Assembly (NCBI RefSeq): GCF_009914755.1
Contig: NC_060925.1
Source of the DNA: the human T2T-CHM13v2.0 reference genome, Homo sapiens
DNA length: 64,000 bases
Reading direction: 5' to 3' (one strand)
This document shows, piece by piece, positions 22,041 through 39,541 of this stretch (position 1 is the first letter of the stretch; each line of letters starts with the position of its first letter). Made by a program: the position numbers and the translations under genes. The notes under the pieces are model-generated. The model was not told the origin of the DNA and did not search any database. It saw only the letters and a list, made by a program, of their open reading frames with translations.

Positions 22041-23634
22041 GTGAGTGTTCTTGTGCCAGCTCCAGCTTTGCCTGCTCTCGACGTGCCAGGCAAGTTGTGC
22101 CCACACCTCCTCCCAGCAAGGTCCCCAGCAGAAGCCTGCTGGAGACCTAGAGCTGCAGATGAGAGGCTGTTGTGGCTGTACTTGTGTTTCCAGGATTCTC
22201 TGGCTGCCACCTTCCCCATAGGCTAAATCTGTACACATGGGTGAGTTATTGCACCTCTAAGCCACTTTCTCCACTTGTAAAATGGGGGTAGCTGTGCCTT
22301 CCCTGCAGGCTAGAAGAGAAGAGAGACATATCCACTGAAACAGTAGCTATTGCCTTACACAGAGTAGATCACATCTCCCAGTGACTCCTCTCAGGAGAAT
22401 CCATCTTCACTCTAAACCAATGATCCACTATGTTAAATTTCCAGAAATCTGAGGCCAAAACCTCTAGAGCGGCAGCCACGGTAGCACCTGCATCCCAGCC
22501 ACCACGCCATCCACCACCCATCTTCAGCCCTCCTCTCCTGGGAGGCAGGTAGCATACTCTATTCTATAGATGGAGGGCTGGTTAGGAGGTACACATGCCC
22601 AACTCCAGCAAAACAGCCTTGCACATCTTTTGACTTCCCTGAACTGGCTCAGGACTTGGCGTACCTCTAAATCTCTCATTGAGAGCTAGCTCTGCTTCTG
22701 GACGGACATGCCAGCATGCTTTCTTTGGGTTTTGTTTTGTTTTTCCCCTTTGAGTCAAGGTCTAGCTCTGTCACCCAGGCTGGAGTGCAGTAGTGTGATC
22801 ACAGCTCACTGTAGACTAGACTCAGCTTCCTGGACTCAAGCAGTCCTCCTACCTCACACTCCCAAGGAGCTGGTATGACAGGTGTGTGCCACAACTGGCT
22901 AATTTGCTTTTCTTGTAGAGACGGGGTCTCACTTTGCCCAGACTGGTTTCAAACTCCCGGATGCAAACAATCCTCCTGCCTTGGCTTCCCAAAGTGCTGG
23001 GATTACAGGTGTGAGCTACTGCACCCGGCCCAACCTGCCACCTTGTCTTGTAAACCATGCTTAGCTTCAGCTACGCAACGCAGGGAGCTCTGTGGTCTAT
23101 ACTGTGCCTCTTCTCAGAGGGCACCATCTTTGTTGCCAGCATTGGAGAGTGTGCCCCTGCCACTTCCTGGTCTACACTCTGGGGCCTTGGCTCAGTCTCC
23201 TACTCCATCTCTTCTGCAGACCATAGATCTCAGCTGGATTTCAAAGTAGCCTGGGATTAGCCAGAAAAGGTAGCCCAGCTTGGACGTGGCCATCTTACAC
23301 ATGAGCTAGAGTGAGCCGAAGAAACCCAGGGGTCTAGGTCTGGTTCAGGCCACAAGGGCTACTCTGGCCCTGGGAGGCTACCAGTGCTGAAGTAGGTGGA
23401 TTAGGCCAGGCAGGCCTTGGAGTCCGCCGGTTCATGTAGCTTGCTAAGGATGCCATACTTCATCATGTGGATCATAGCGAACTACCGGTTTCTTTATTGA
23501 AAAAGCTTATTCAGGCTGGGCGTGGTGGCTCATGCCTCTAATCCCAACATTTTGGGAGGCTGAGGCAGATGGATCACCTGAGGTCAGGAGTTCGAGAACA
23601 GCCTGGCCAACATGGCGAAACCCTGTCTCTACTA

Positions 23635-23802
<168 letters not shown>

Positions 23803-26800
23803 TCAACAATCTAGGGGCTGAGCACGGGGCTTATGCCTATAATCCCAACACTTCGGGAGGCCAAGGCAGGCGGATCACCTGAGGTCAGGAGTTCGAGACC
23901 AGCCCGGCCAACATGGCAAAACCACATCTCTACTAAAAAATACAAAAGCTAGCTGGGCTTTGTGGCATATACCTATAATCCCAACTACTCAGGAGACCAA
24001 GGCAGGAGTGAACCTGGGAGGCAGAGGCTGCAGTGAGCCGACGTTGCACCACTGCACTCCAGCCTAGGTGACAGAGTGGGACTCTGTCTCAAAAAAAAAA
24101 ACTTAAAAATCAGGGTAGGGCAACACAGCATGTTATGTTTTAACAAGCCTTCCAGGTGACTCTGAAACATGCTAAAGCTTGAACCACAAAAAGATACAGC
24201 AAAAGAGTCTGAAAAGTTTACAGAGGAATAGAAAGCCAGAATACAGGGTTCTAGAAACAGGCTGGGTGTGTTGGCTCACACCTGTAATCCCAGCACTTTG
24301 GGAGGCCAAGGCAGGAGGCTTACTTGGGCACAGGAGTTCAAGACCAGCCTTGGCAACACAGTGAGACCTTGACTCTGAGATAAGATTATTTTTATAAAGA
24401 AGCCTGGCCAGGCGTGGTGGTTCATGCCTTAATCCCAGCACTTTGAGTAGACCAAGACTGGTGGATCACTTTTGAGGTCAGGAGTTTGAGACCAGCCTGG
24501 CCAACATGGTTAAAACCATCTGCTAAAAATACCAAAATTAGCTAGGTGTGGTGGCTTTAGCTTGTAATCCTAGCTACTCAGGAGACTGAGGCGGGAGGAT
24601 CATGTGAACCCGGGAGGCAGAGGCTGCAGTGAGCCGACATTGCACCACTGCACTCCAGTCTGGGCAAAGTAAGGCAGTGGCCAACCCTGGCAAATGCTGT
24701 GGGATAGACTAAGATGCCCAAGCCCATAGTAAAGTCACAATCCTCAGAATGGCAGTCATCAGTGACCCTGATAATAACAGTGAAAAGCCAGGTTGAAATG
24801 GGGAGGCACAGTAAATCTAGGCCACAGAAAGAATTCTCTCTCCGTAAAGGGAGATGTGTGGTGGTAATTACAGGGGCCAGCACGCAGTCGAGCGTGTCTG
24901 AAGCTGGTAGTACACGGGCAGATGTATAGATGGAACTGATCCAACAGGGGTGGGGAAATGGATCCTAGAGGAAGATCTGAGAAGTTTGCAGAGGAATAGA
25001 AAGCCAGAAGACAAGGTTCTAAACAGGCTGGGCGTGGTGGCTCACACCTGTAATCCCAGCACTTTGGGAGGCCAAGGCAGGAGGATCACCTTTAGGACTA
25101 TGGAATACAGGTGAGTCTGTGGACAGGAATGAGACGATAGTGTTTGAGTAGTGTTGGTGGCTTGCTCTGAGGTCTGGTCGTAGCCTGAAATGAGGCCTTT
25201 TGGTGTGATGGTTTTCTCCAGCATCTCAGGTGCAAGAGTGAGCTTTAAAGACCTGGTGTGACCAGAATGGAGGTTTTCCAGGAAAGCAAACTAGAAAAAG
25301 GTGTGGGAGTGGACAGTGTGTATAAGAGAGGATGTAGTGATGGGTTTTTGGGCTCTGAGAAGGGTCAAAGGGAAGTGTGAGGATGGAGGGTGGGGATCGG
25401 TAGGAGGATCTGGGACTGAGGTTGGGGACTCGCTGGGGTGGGAGCATAGGTGAGCGAAACAGATCGGAAGGCATTGTCTGCCTTGGAGGTGGCATCTAGT
25501 CTGGGTTATGATCATTGTAATGGATGTCTAAGGTGGTATAGAACCCAGGTTCATTGAAATAAGGTCGTCGAAGAGAGATCAAAATGTCTAGATGTTCTAG
25601 TCTATTGTCAGATACCAGTGACACAACAGCAGTGGAGGGCAAGTATGCTAGAACAATCCACGAAGGATGGAGAGGATGACATCGTCGTCCCCAAAAGAAA
25701 GGGGTAGCTGGCATTATCTGATGGCCAGCACTTCACAGGAACTGGGATTCTTGAGGAATAGAGAAATGGCCGAGAAGTGCCAGTGAAGAACCAAGAAGGG
25801 TACCCACCTTCCTGTAAGTCCAGCAGTACATGGCAGGTAGGAAAAAGCTCAGCTCAAATCATCAGTATTTGCTCTGTGCCCTGAGGATCCAGCTCTGGAA
25901 GAATAAACCATGTTACCTGCTCTCAGAGCCTGCTACGACAGATGGACAGACAGTCGAGGACCCAGCAGAGGCTGGAGGGAGCCCTTTAATATGCCCCCAG
26001 GGTGGGTAGGGAGAGTTTGAGGTAGCTAAGGCCTCCTGGGCAGCTCTGTGAGGACTGAGGGCAGGGAGGGCCTTCCAGGTAGAGGCAGCTATTGTGTGTA
26101 CTTGGGTCGCAGGGCTTCTGGCCTCCCCCATGCTTCTGTTTAATGGGGACAACAAATGCCTGCTTCAAAGGGTCCTGAGGATGTGAGCCCATGAGCCTGA
26201 AACACCTACCACAGCTCCTAGCAAAGATAGCCCACAGTGAAATGTTAGCTATGCTTCACAACAAACTATCTGTGAGAGGGGCCCCCAGAAGGTCAACCAC
26301 AGGAGAGCCAGCCAGTAGGGGATTGTGGCAAACAGACTGTGACCCTCTCGCCCTCACTGCCTGGTGGTGAATCACCCTTGGGTGGAATGGCCACAGGGAG
26401 CCCAGGTCCCCAGAACAGGAGCAGGCCCTAGGTGTGTGGCACCTCTTGGGCTGCATGCCGTGGGCCTGCTGATGCTATCGCAGGTCAAGAGGGCTGTGTC
26501 TGCACTGGGAAGTTGCAGGGGTTCCTGGGGGAAGACTGCCTTGTCTGGTCTTGCCCCATGAGGCCTGGCTCAGGGCTGGTGAAGCATCTAGGTAGATGAG
26601 AAGCAGGAACTAGCACAGGAGTGGTCCCGGTGGGCCCAGTTCCCTCACAGCCAGCAGCAGGACTGAGGCTGGGCCTGTAACCAGCATCCCCAGGGCCTCC
26701 AAGGAGGGGCTGCTGCAGAACTGCAGAGTCCATCGGGAGGGCTGCTGGGGCTCTAACCCAGAGCAAGAGGCCGAGGACCCAGGGCAGTGCCTAACCAGGG

Positions 26801-28252
26801 GCAGCCACGGCCGCAGCTGCAGCCATCTGCTGGCACGTTGGAGGAGCTGGAGATGGAGGCAGCTGGCAGTGCCGTGCAGAAGGTCTGAGGATGCTACAGT
26901 TCCTGGATCTCTTGGGGTTCTAGTGGCCAAGGTAAATCTAGCTTAGGATCCCCTGAAATAAGTCACCTGGAATCTTGAGCAGGAACAGCCATCAGGCCTA
27001 CAGCTGCCACATCGGGCACAGATAGAGGACAGGCCAGGAAAGAGGAAGTTCGAGTGACCCAGGTGGGAGAAGTCAGGGTCATTTCTGACCTAGAAAATGA
27101 ATGGACTTGGGCTGGGCACAGTGGCTCACGACTGTAATCCTAGCACTTTGGGAGGCTGAGGCAGATGGATTGCCTGAGCTCAGGAGTTGGAGACTGGCCT
27201 GGGCAATGTGGTAAAACCCCATCTCTACTAAAAATACAAAAAACTAGCCGGGCATGGTGGTGCACACCTATAGTCCTAGCTACTCAGGAAGCTGAGGTAC
27301 AAGAATTGCTTGAACCCAGGAGATGGAGGTTGAAGTGAGCCGAGATAGTGCCGCTACACTCTAGCCTGCTCAACAGAGCAGGACTCCACCTCAAAAAAGA
27401 AAAGGAGGGGGGGGGGCCAGGCGTGGTAGCTCACACCTGTAATCCCAGCACTTTGGGAGGTCCGAGGTAGGCAGATCACGAGGTCAGGAGATCAAGACCA
27501 TCCTGTCTAACGAGACGGTGAAATCCCGTCTCTACTAAAAATACAAAAAATTAGCCAGGCGTGTGGTGGTAGGTGCCTGCAGTTCCAGCTACTCAGGAAG
27601 CTGAGGCAGAATGGCCAGAATCCAGGAGGCAAAGCTTACAGTGAGCTGAGATCACGCCACTACACTCCAGCCTGGGCGACAGAGCAAGACTCCCTCTCAA
27701 AAACACCTTTAGGATCTAATTAGCAAACGGACAACCACCACGTGTGGTCAACTTCCTTCTGATCTCTTCTGTGCATGGTTTTGTATTTAATGACCTAAAA
27801 CTAGGAGACAGGCTTAACATGTATAATCATAAGAACACTTGGTTTCTTCAGAAAACTTGATGGAGGCATAATCCATCCAATAAATGGTTCTCACTGACCT
27901 TTCTAGCATCAGTAAGTGATTTTTTTCAGATGAGGCTGCTGAGCCCAGCCTGGGACAGTTTCTCACCTTTAGGACTCTGATATTATCGCAGGAGTTGGAT
28001 TCATGGGCCAAAATGTAGAACCACCTACCCTGAGGCTTCACACCAGTCAGGAGCCTTGAAGGCATCATCACCTGAGCTCCAACTCCTGGCATGTAATAGG
28101 TCTTCAAGGAATACTGGTGAATAACTGGCCATTGCTTGTGTATGAACATCTGGTTGTCTACCAAGACCTGAATGCTAGAAACGGGGATGGCTGAGCCATT
28201 TCAGCTCCAGCCCTCCTGGAACTCACAGCCTTGCATCTGATATGAGGAATGA

Positions 28253-28867
<615 letters not shown>

Positions 28868-29989
28868 TAACTGGCACCCTCTTCTTTCTATATGCAGGGC
28901 AGGGTGGGTGAAGATGACTAGGACCTCTCACCAGGAGAGTTGAAACCCTTCTGTCTGAGCTGTCTGGACCTGCCCCAAGACAGTCCAATACATGCCTGAA
29001 TATTCCCAAAGATGGGCATGGAACAGTGAATGAGACAGTCCCCCCATTATGTGAGGGCCAAACGGCATGGTTTTAAACAGTACCAAGTGCTCTAAAGCAG
29101 GGTGAAGATGGAGAGGTCAGGATGAGAACCTGTCCCAGGGACGATGAAGCTCCTACGGAGCCAGAGAACAGGTGTGAGCCCAGGAAGGGGCGGTGTGGGG
29201 ATGGGTGAAAAGAGCAGAGCCCTGTGGGCCCTGGGTGTTACGGTGAGGTAGCTGGGGCCATACCTACTCTAAATACAGTGGTGAAAGCTTTCTGTCACCT
29301 GGATGCCTGCAGGAAGATGGTACTGCTCGCCCACTGCCACTTAGGGGCCCTGGTTCCTTTCAGTCTTGTTATGCTTTCCCCTGGGGTGGCTGCCTCCTCT
29401 CTGGAGGCTGAGTGCACACATCCTAGGTCCAGGCCCGGGCCCCAGGAGGGAGAAAGAGCCAAGATTTGGACACTGCAACCTATGGTTGCTGCTAGTGGTC
29501 TGGAAGTCTCCTGAACCACTTCTCACATGCCAAAATCCTGAACACGCACGGGGCCACGTCCGGCTTCAGGGAATCCAGGAGCAGTCTCTAGCTATGTAGC
29601 CACATGCCTAGGGAGAAAAGGAGATAGGATCCTGAAGGCAGAACCAGTGGGAAGCCAAGGGTTCTGTCTGCATGATCACTCTGGCCACATGGAAAGTCAG
29701 GTACAGATAAAAGGTGGAAGACCAGTCTAGACACAGCATGGCTCAAGCCAGGGTGGCAGGAGCAGCCTTTAGTTGGGATTGGTCCGCAGGTAGGACACCC
29801 CCGCCCCACTCGCTCCACACCGGCCGCCTCCAGATTACTACCACCACGTTGCCCTTTATTGCAAATTCCTTAGGTGAAGGCTTTTTTGTTTTTTTAAGGT
29901 AGGAGGCAAAGGATAATGCTGATGGAATGCTCTAGCAGGGATGGGAAACACTAATAGGAAAAGGTGGCCAGTGTGGTGGCTCACACCTA

Positions 29990-30568
<579 letters not shown>

Positions 30569-31111
30569 CTACCCCTCTTCCAGGCTCCGTGGGTGTAGAA
30601 GCCAGACAGCTTTTCCAGGGCAGGGCTCCTGGGGAGTGTGGTCCTCAGAGGAATAGCAGGCTTCAGGATGAGAAGGTAAAATCTCAGAAAGTCTGATGGG
30701 ATTCTGCTGATGGCAGATACAAAAGACATAAAGCAGAGAGATGTGGTATCTCGAGTATTTGAAGACGGGTTTCTCACTCACAGGAGGCATCTACTTGTTC
30801 TTCAAAGAAACCCAAGTCTTCCATACAGTGTGATATTCAGGCATGGTTTGACCCCATATAGCTGCATATGACCTGCAAGACTGAGCCGACACACCCTTCC
30901 CCCAGTAAGCGTCAGACTGTTCTAGACCTTGTCAGGCTGGTAGCTCCCTGTGGCTTTGCATAGACCCAAGAAATAGGTTCTTTGGAGCAGTAGCATAGAT
31001 ACTATGAATGTGCTATGCCAGTAGTTACATTGCTGTATTCTATTAGTAGCAACATGAGCTTTGGACCTGAAGCCGGACTACAGTCCCAATTTCAATATCT
31101 CCCAATATTAG

Positions 31112-31480
<369 letters not shown>

Positions 31481-32061
31481 TAACATCAGCCTCACACACT
31501 GCTGTTTCCCTTCAAGGAAGGGATGGCCACTGTAGATCTGTGAGCCTGATGCTGTGCACAACGGCTTGAAGACCCCAGGGCTCAAGACCCACCCAACGCC
31601 ACACATATAAAAATGACAACCATGCATGGTGGCAGGCGTATAGTCCCAGCTACTGTGGGGGGCCGAGGCAGGAGACTCACTTGAACCCAGGAGGTGGAGG
31701 TTGCGGTGAGTCAGATCATGCCACTGCACTCCAGCCTGGGTGACAGAACGAAAGGAAGGGTACTTGCAGAATGTGACCGAAGGGTATAAACAGAGCAGGC
31801 CTTGGCTACCAGGGAAGGGGCCGCCACTGGCACTTCCCAACCTGGCTCTGCCATGGGCAAAGCTGAGTAGCGTCAGACAAGATGGGCTCTGAGCTTCTGG
31901 CTTGTGCCGAGGTCAGGGATGGTTGCTCTGTCGACCTCACGGGCAGGGATGTAACCTCTCCTGGTGAGAAGGATGTGTTCTTCCTCTCTTGGCACAAGGA
32001 GGTCATAACCAGTAAGGGACCTTCGAAAGCCTTCCCAGAACTGGCTTCTCTCCCATGGCAG

Positions 32062-32173
32062 GGAGCTGCAGCTGCAGGGTTTTGTGGACACAGTGACGAA
32101 GCTGAGTGAGAAGAGCAACAGCCAGGTGGCATCTGTCTATGAGGACCCCAACCGCCTGGGCAGGTGGCTCCAG
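32062..32173 (+). CDS. PADI6: PADI6 exon 9 ([10 protein letters not shown]...NRLGRWLQ)
   Basis: ggcag|G acceptor, CAG|gtaac donor. Confidence 0.95.
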
Positions 32174-32838
32174 GTAACACCCCACCTGGGAACCCACCTG
32201 TCGGGGAGGGGTGGGGAGACTCAGCATGTGCCACCTAAGAGGAACTTCACAGGCTTCTGGTTAACCTTAAAGACCGAAGCCTTGATAGGGGCGGCCCTGT
32301 TCTTAGGACTTCAGTGGAGGCTCAGATGAGGATTTGCCTGAGTCATGGCCACTAAGGAATAGTTAGAGTCCAGCCTCCTTCCCATTCCAGAATGGACACG
32401 TGTTCAAGACCACAGAACCCTAACCCCCAGGCCCCGGAAGGCTCTGATACCTTTGGCTAAGGCTGTGAGAGCTGGGCCACTGCCCTGGGGTCCCGCCTGA
32501 CTCTGGCACAGCACCAAGTCTAGAGCCCCGGTCAGCCTTCGGTTCTAGAGCTCTGTCCTCTGCAGATGAGTGATCATCACATGCTAGGCACGCCATCCTG
32601 AGCACCAGAGATAAACTGGAACATATGCTGTCCCATGTTAGCAAGGATAGAACTTTTAAGTGCTATGAAATTTAGACAATGAGATGATACAGTGATTCAT
32701 TAGACCAAATGAGGCAGTTTAAGAATAGTTGGGAAAATCTGCAAATGAAACTTAAGGAAACAAGGAGCTGGCCATGCAGAGATTTGGGGCAGGGGTGGCC
32801 AGGATTAAAAGGAGTTCCTGGCCGGGTGCAGTGGCTCA

Positions 32839-33054
<216 letters not shown>

Positions 33055-33588
33055 CTACACTCCAGCCTGGATGACAGAGCGAGACTGTCTCAAAAGAAAA
33101 AAAAAAATCTGGGGTTGTGCTTGGAGGTCTTGAAGAAGGCTGATGCAGACAGATCACAGTGAACAAAGGTGAAAGGCAGGGCTACCTCCTGGTTAAGGTA
33201 CCTTTTAAGCTAAGGACAAACAAGAGACACTCAAAGCATGAATCGGGAATGAAAGGTTATAGTTCAGGTTTTCAAAAGACCCCTCTGGCTAAGATGTAGG
33301 GAACAGATCTTAAGAGTAGGCAAGAATAGAAGCGAAACTGGAAGGCATCACAGTGGCATAGGGTGGAGACACGGTGGCTTCCTGAGTGGCACCAGCGCAG
33401 AGCTGACTCAGAATGTAAGCCAGTAAGGCTTGTTAATGGATTCTTTACGAAAGAAGAAAGGAAGAATCTGGATGCTCAAGTCTTTTTCGCCCAGACTGGA
33501 GTGCAGTGGCGCGATCTCAGCTCCACTGCAGCCTCTGCCTCCTCCTGAGTAGCTGGGATTACAGGCATGAGCCACCATGCCTGGCTAA

Positions 33589-33738
<150 letters not shown>

Positions 33739-33922
33739 TAAACCTGAAGAGTAGGGGAGAGAGGGATCGGAGAGCCTTCAAGAAGGGGTGATATCTGAGC
33801 TGGGTGTTGAGGGTTGAGCAGGAGTTGGCAGGAAGGAAGGGGGTTCTTACCGTACCTTTTCCGTAAATGGGGTCCGGGGAGATGTGTGACTGGCAAACAA
33901 TCTGTCTTCCTCTCCATTCCAG

Positions 33923-34030
33923 GATGAGATGGCCTTCTGCTACACCCAGGCTCCCCACAAGACAACGTCCTTGATCCTCGACACACCTCAGGCCGCCGAT
34001 CTCGATGAGTTCCCCATGAAGTACTCACTG
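33923..34030 (+). CDS. PADI6: PADI6 exon 10 ([13 protein letters not shown]...FPMKYSL)
   Basis: ttccag|GAT acceptor, CTG|gtgtgg donor; first codon is the Asp equivalent to PAD4 Asp350. Confidence 0.95.
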
Positions 34031-34247
34031 GTGTGGAACTTGGTTTGGCTAATCTGAGCTCAGTCCAATCTCTCAGGCCTGGGGCCTGCCTAGAAATAAT
34101 GGGGCACCAAGTGGGGAGAGGGCCCAGGTGGCCTCTGAGGGGGGAGGGGACGTGGAAGTCTACCTGAGAGCCTGGATTTAGGGATAAGACTGGGGCCTAA
34201 AGCCATCCCCTACTAACACCCCTTCCCTGGCTCGGTCTCTCCCCCAG

Positions 34248-34402
34248 AGCCCTGGTATTGGCTACATGATCCAGGACACTGAGGACCATAAAGTGGCCAG
34301 CATGGATTCCATTGGGAACCTGATGGTGTCCCCACCTGTCAAGGTCCAAGGGAAAGAGTACCCGCTGGGCAGAGTCCTCATTGGCAGCAGCTTTTACCCC
34401 AG
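34248..34402 (+). CDS. PADI6: PADI6 exon 11 (SPGIGYM...[29 protein letters not shown])
   Basis: Perfect TACTAAC branch point at 34211-34217; cccag|AGC acceptor; AG|gtgag donor; GKEYPLGR motif. Confidence 0.96.
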
Positions 34403-34674
34403 GTGAGCCACAAAGCCAGACGCCTCCAAATGAAAGGAAGGGACCATGGTCGTTCCCCTGGCCCCGCCTGCTTCCCATAGCACCTCAGCAGGTCACACAC
34501 ACTGGACCATTTCTTAAACTGAAGACATTTGAGCTTTTGATTCACGTGGGAGACTAAAGATGAGAATAAACCATTTATTCTTTGATTCCAGGGTTTAAAC
34601 TGAAACAAGTGAAATTTGGTCCACCAGGATGTCATTTCCAAGAGATATGTGGTTGGATTTCTTGGTGGCCATAA

Positions 34675-35085
<411 letters not shown>

Positions 35086-35175
35086 TGACCCTTGCCTTCT
35101 GTTGGGGAATCTTGGAAGATTCTGGAGAGAAAACTGGCTTTTTCTTGTTTTTTTTTTTTTTTGTTTGTTTTTTGA

Positions 35176-35676
<501 letters not shown>

Positions 35677-36219
35677 TAGCCATTCTGTCACGCTTGGCGT
35701 AAAGGATGCCAGGGAAGCACAGAAGCTGTTGGAATTGCCATATTAGAACGTCTTATTTCTGGGCTGCTCTAGTGGTACTACAACACAAGTAGACCAGATG
35801 TTCTGGGATGGCCTGGAGGCTGTTTGGATGTATTTGAAGGGGGACTCACTTAGTACATAGGTGGCCCCAAGTGGGGGGAAAACGGGTGTTAACAATGCTA
35901 GTGCCTGGATTTATTCAGGGCATGTTGGATTAAGTATCTAGGGACTGGGACTTTGTGGGTCTCCTGGTTACATTAAGGAAACACACAGGTGGACAAGCAG
36001 AGGTGGTGTGGCTGGTGCCATTGCACTTCTGATCTAAAGGCTGTGGGAGTGGGCTGGGCATGGTGGCTCACACCTGTAACCCCAGCACTTTGGGAGGCTG
36101 AGGCGGGCAGATCACCTGAGGCCAAAAGTTCGAGGCCAGCCTGGCCAACATGACGAAAGCCCATCTCTACTAAAGATACGAAAATTAGCCGGGCATGGTG
36201 GTGCATGCCTGTAATCTCA

Positions 36220-36378
<159 letters not shown>

Positions 36379-36888
36379 TTAGGTTTTTCTAGACCCTCAA
36401 TACTCAAAGTGTTATCTGAGGGCCAGCGCACCTGGGAGCTTGTTAAAAATGTAGAATTTCCACCCTGCTCCACACCTCCTGGATACTCAGCCTTTGGGGT
36501 TGGGGCCCGGGAACTCCTGGTCATAGAAGCACCATGGAAGGTGACATCTGCTGAGCATGAACCACATGACAAAGACTATCACCTCAGAGCTGGCAAATAA
36601 ATTGGGCATCCCTGTCCCAAAGATCAGGCAATTGAGGAACAAAGGTAATGTAACCTGGAGAGGGTCACAGGCAGAAAGTGCCAGGTTGTATTGGCATAAG
36701 GGGAGTAGGGGCTGAAGTCATCCTAACAAGCTCTAGGCTGTGTCCCTCAGCCTGGCACAGGCTATTCCCCCTCATGCTGGGGACAGAGTGGCCAGTGGCA
36801 GTAAGTCCTGCCTGGGAGTTCTGGTGTAGACCCTGGTCAGTCCCCAGAAGGAAGATATTGGACCTGAGGGTGTGATCCCTGGAGATAG

Positions 36889-37101
<213 letters not shown>

Positions 37102-37596
37102 TGAAGGGGGCCATCCCCAAGAAAGAGCTGGTGCCGCAGGTCTTGCAGGAAGGTTTCCACCCACCCCTCCTGAGGGGTGAAGTGTTGGGCGGCGGGGGGC
37201 AGCTGCCTGCCACCCTTTCTTCCAGGTCTTGATACAGGCCCAGGTCTGGGGCTAGAGCTGGCCATATGCCAATGTAGGGAGACTAGAGGAGTAAGGAGTT
37301 AGGTCTCTGGAGTCAAACACAGCACGATGTACCTTTATGCTTGGAAGAGGGCTGGAAGTGGGTAACACAGCTTTCTATGGTGTCAGATGGCTGAGGACCC
37401 AGGGTGGGACAGGGGCAGGGAGGAGCGCCATGGCATGTCGGGACCGTTGACAGATATTACTTGCAGATACTGTCAGAGGGAGTTTACTTTGCTATGACTA
37501 TGCAGCTGGATCTTTTCCCCCAAGCTGGGAAAGCCCTGATTATCCAGGTTCCTAGCTGAGAGCCAATGATGGCCCAAGCATTTTGCGAGATACCTC

Positions 37597-37654
37597 ACTA
37601 CAAACCCTGCAGATAGCCCTATAAAACTACAAACCCTGCAGATAGCCCTATAAA
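37597..37654. repeat. Perfect 29-bp tandem duplication
   Basis: ACTACAAACCCTGCAGATAGCCCTATAAA x2. Confidence 0.95.
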
Positions 37655-38243
37655 GTAAAACACCTCTTACATATGAGGGTAGTGAGGCACACAGTAAAAC
37701 CGCTAGCCCAGGACAATCATTTGGGAAAATGAGTCTGAACTCCCAAGTTCATGTGTTGCTCATTATACTCAAGCTGCCTGGGGTCCATTTCCCGGAAAAT
37801 GACATAGCTCCGCAGCCTCCTTGAAGAAGCCGGCTCCTCACTTCCGAGAAGCTGAGTATCAGACTCAAATAGACGAGGGACTACTCAATGCTTTCTGGAT
37901 GAAGTGGCCCATCACAGCAGTCCCGAGGATGGTGTTCAGGGTCACCAAACTTCAGAGATCTTAGAAGTGAATCATTGGCTATAAGAAGCAGAGTCTCCCC
38001 AACTTGTAGAAGGAGAAGCTTAGGCCCAGAGAAGGGTAATTTCTTGGCTGAGGTTGCATGGTCAGCAAAACTGCTTCTCTCACTGGGTCCTTAACATTCC
38101 CAGGAATGTTCCCAAGGAATGTTCTATGCCCCGCACAGTGCATGGGTACCCTGTTTTGCAAGAACAGCCCCCCTGGCATAGCAGGGTGGGTGCCAGCCAG
38201 GCATGGGGCTGAGACAGCATCTCCCAGCCCCTGGCGACAGCTT

Positions 38244-38338
38244 AGGTGTGTTGGGTATGTGTCTGAAGCCTATTTCAAGACCTAGGGAGACAGGTGTGTT
38301 GGGTTATGTCTGAAGCCTATTTCAAGACCTAGGGAGAT
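38244..38338. repeat. 47-48 bp tandem duplication
   Basis: AGGTGTGTTGGGT..TGTCTGAAGCCTATTTCAAGACCTAGGGAGA x2. Confidence 0.9.
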
Positions 38339-38584
38339 GCCTGGGTATTGGGCTCAGCTGGTCTGGGTTGAGAAGTGCCAGACGCTGTCTAGCCATGGGA
38401 TCCTGGACTAAAGACTAGGCCATTCCTGAGCCCCTACTTCCCCATGTGAAAAGGGAACTGCCTATTTCGTAAGGCTGGTATGAAGTGTGAGGCTCCTGGC
38501 ACACAGCAAGTGATGGGGATGGTAGTGGTGTCAGGCCATCACCTACCTTCAGTATGGAAGGAAACTGGTTTTAATTCCTGATGA

Positions 38585-38893
<309 letters not shown>

Positions 38894-39250
38894 TAACGGT
38901 ACCTATGAGGAAATGGGAGGGAGACCCCTTCTCCCCCATCTCGGTTAGGGACGCCCCACCCAGAGAGCAAGTGTACAGGGCCTGAAGGCTTGGAGGTTCC
39001 CCAGGCAGTTACTATGGGCCAGGCCCTGGGCCAGGTGCTTTAGGAGCCTCAGTGAGCTGCGCCCCCAGTCTAAAAGGGTGAACCTGTGAGGCCCACTTCG
39101 GATGGGGTGCTATGCAACCCAGAGTCGAGGTTGCCGCGCATCTGCCAGCAGCGAGGCCTTGAGCAACCTACCTCAGGGTGGGTCTTCCTGTCCGCTATCT
39201 CCAGGGTCCAGGGCAGCAGTGTCTGATACATAGAGGTACATCAGCCCTTA

Positions 39251-39541
<291 letters not shown>

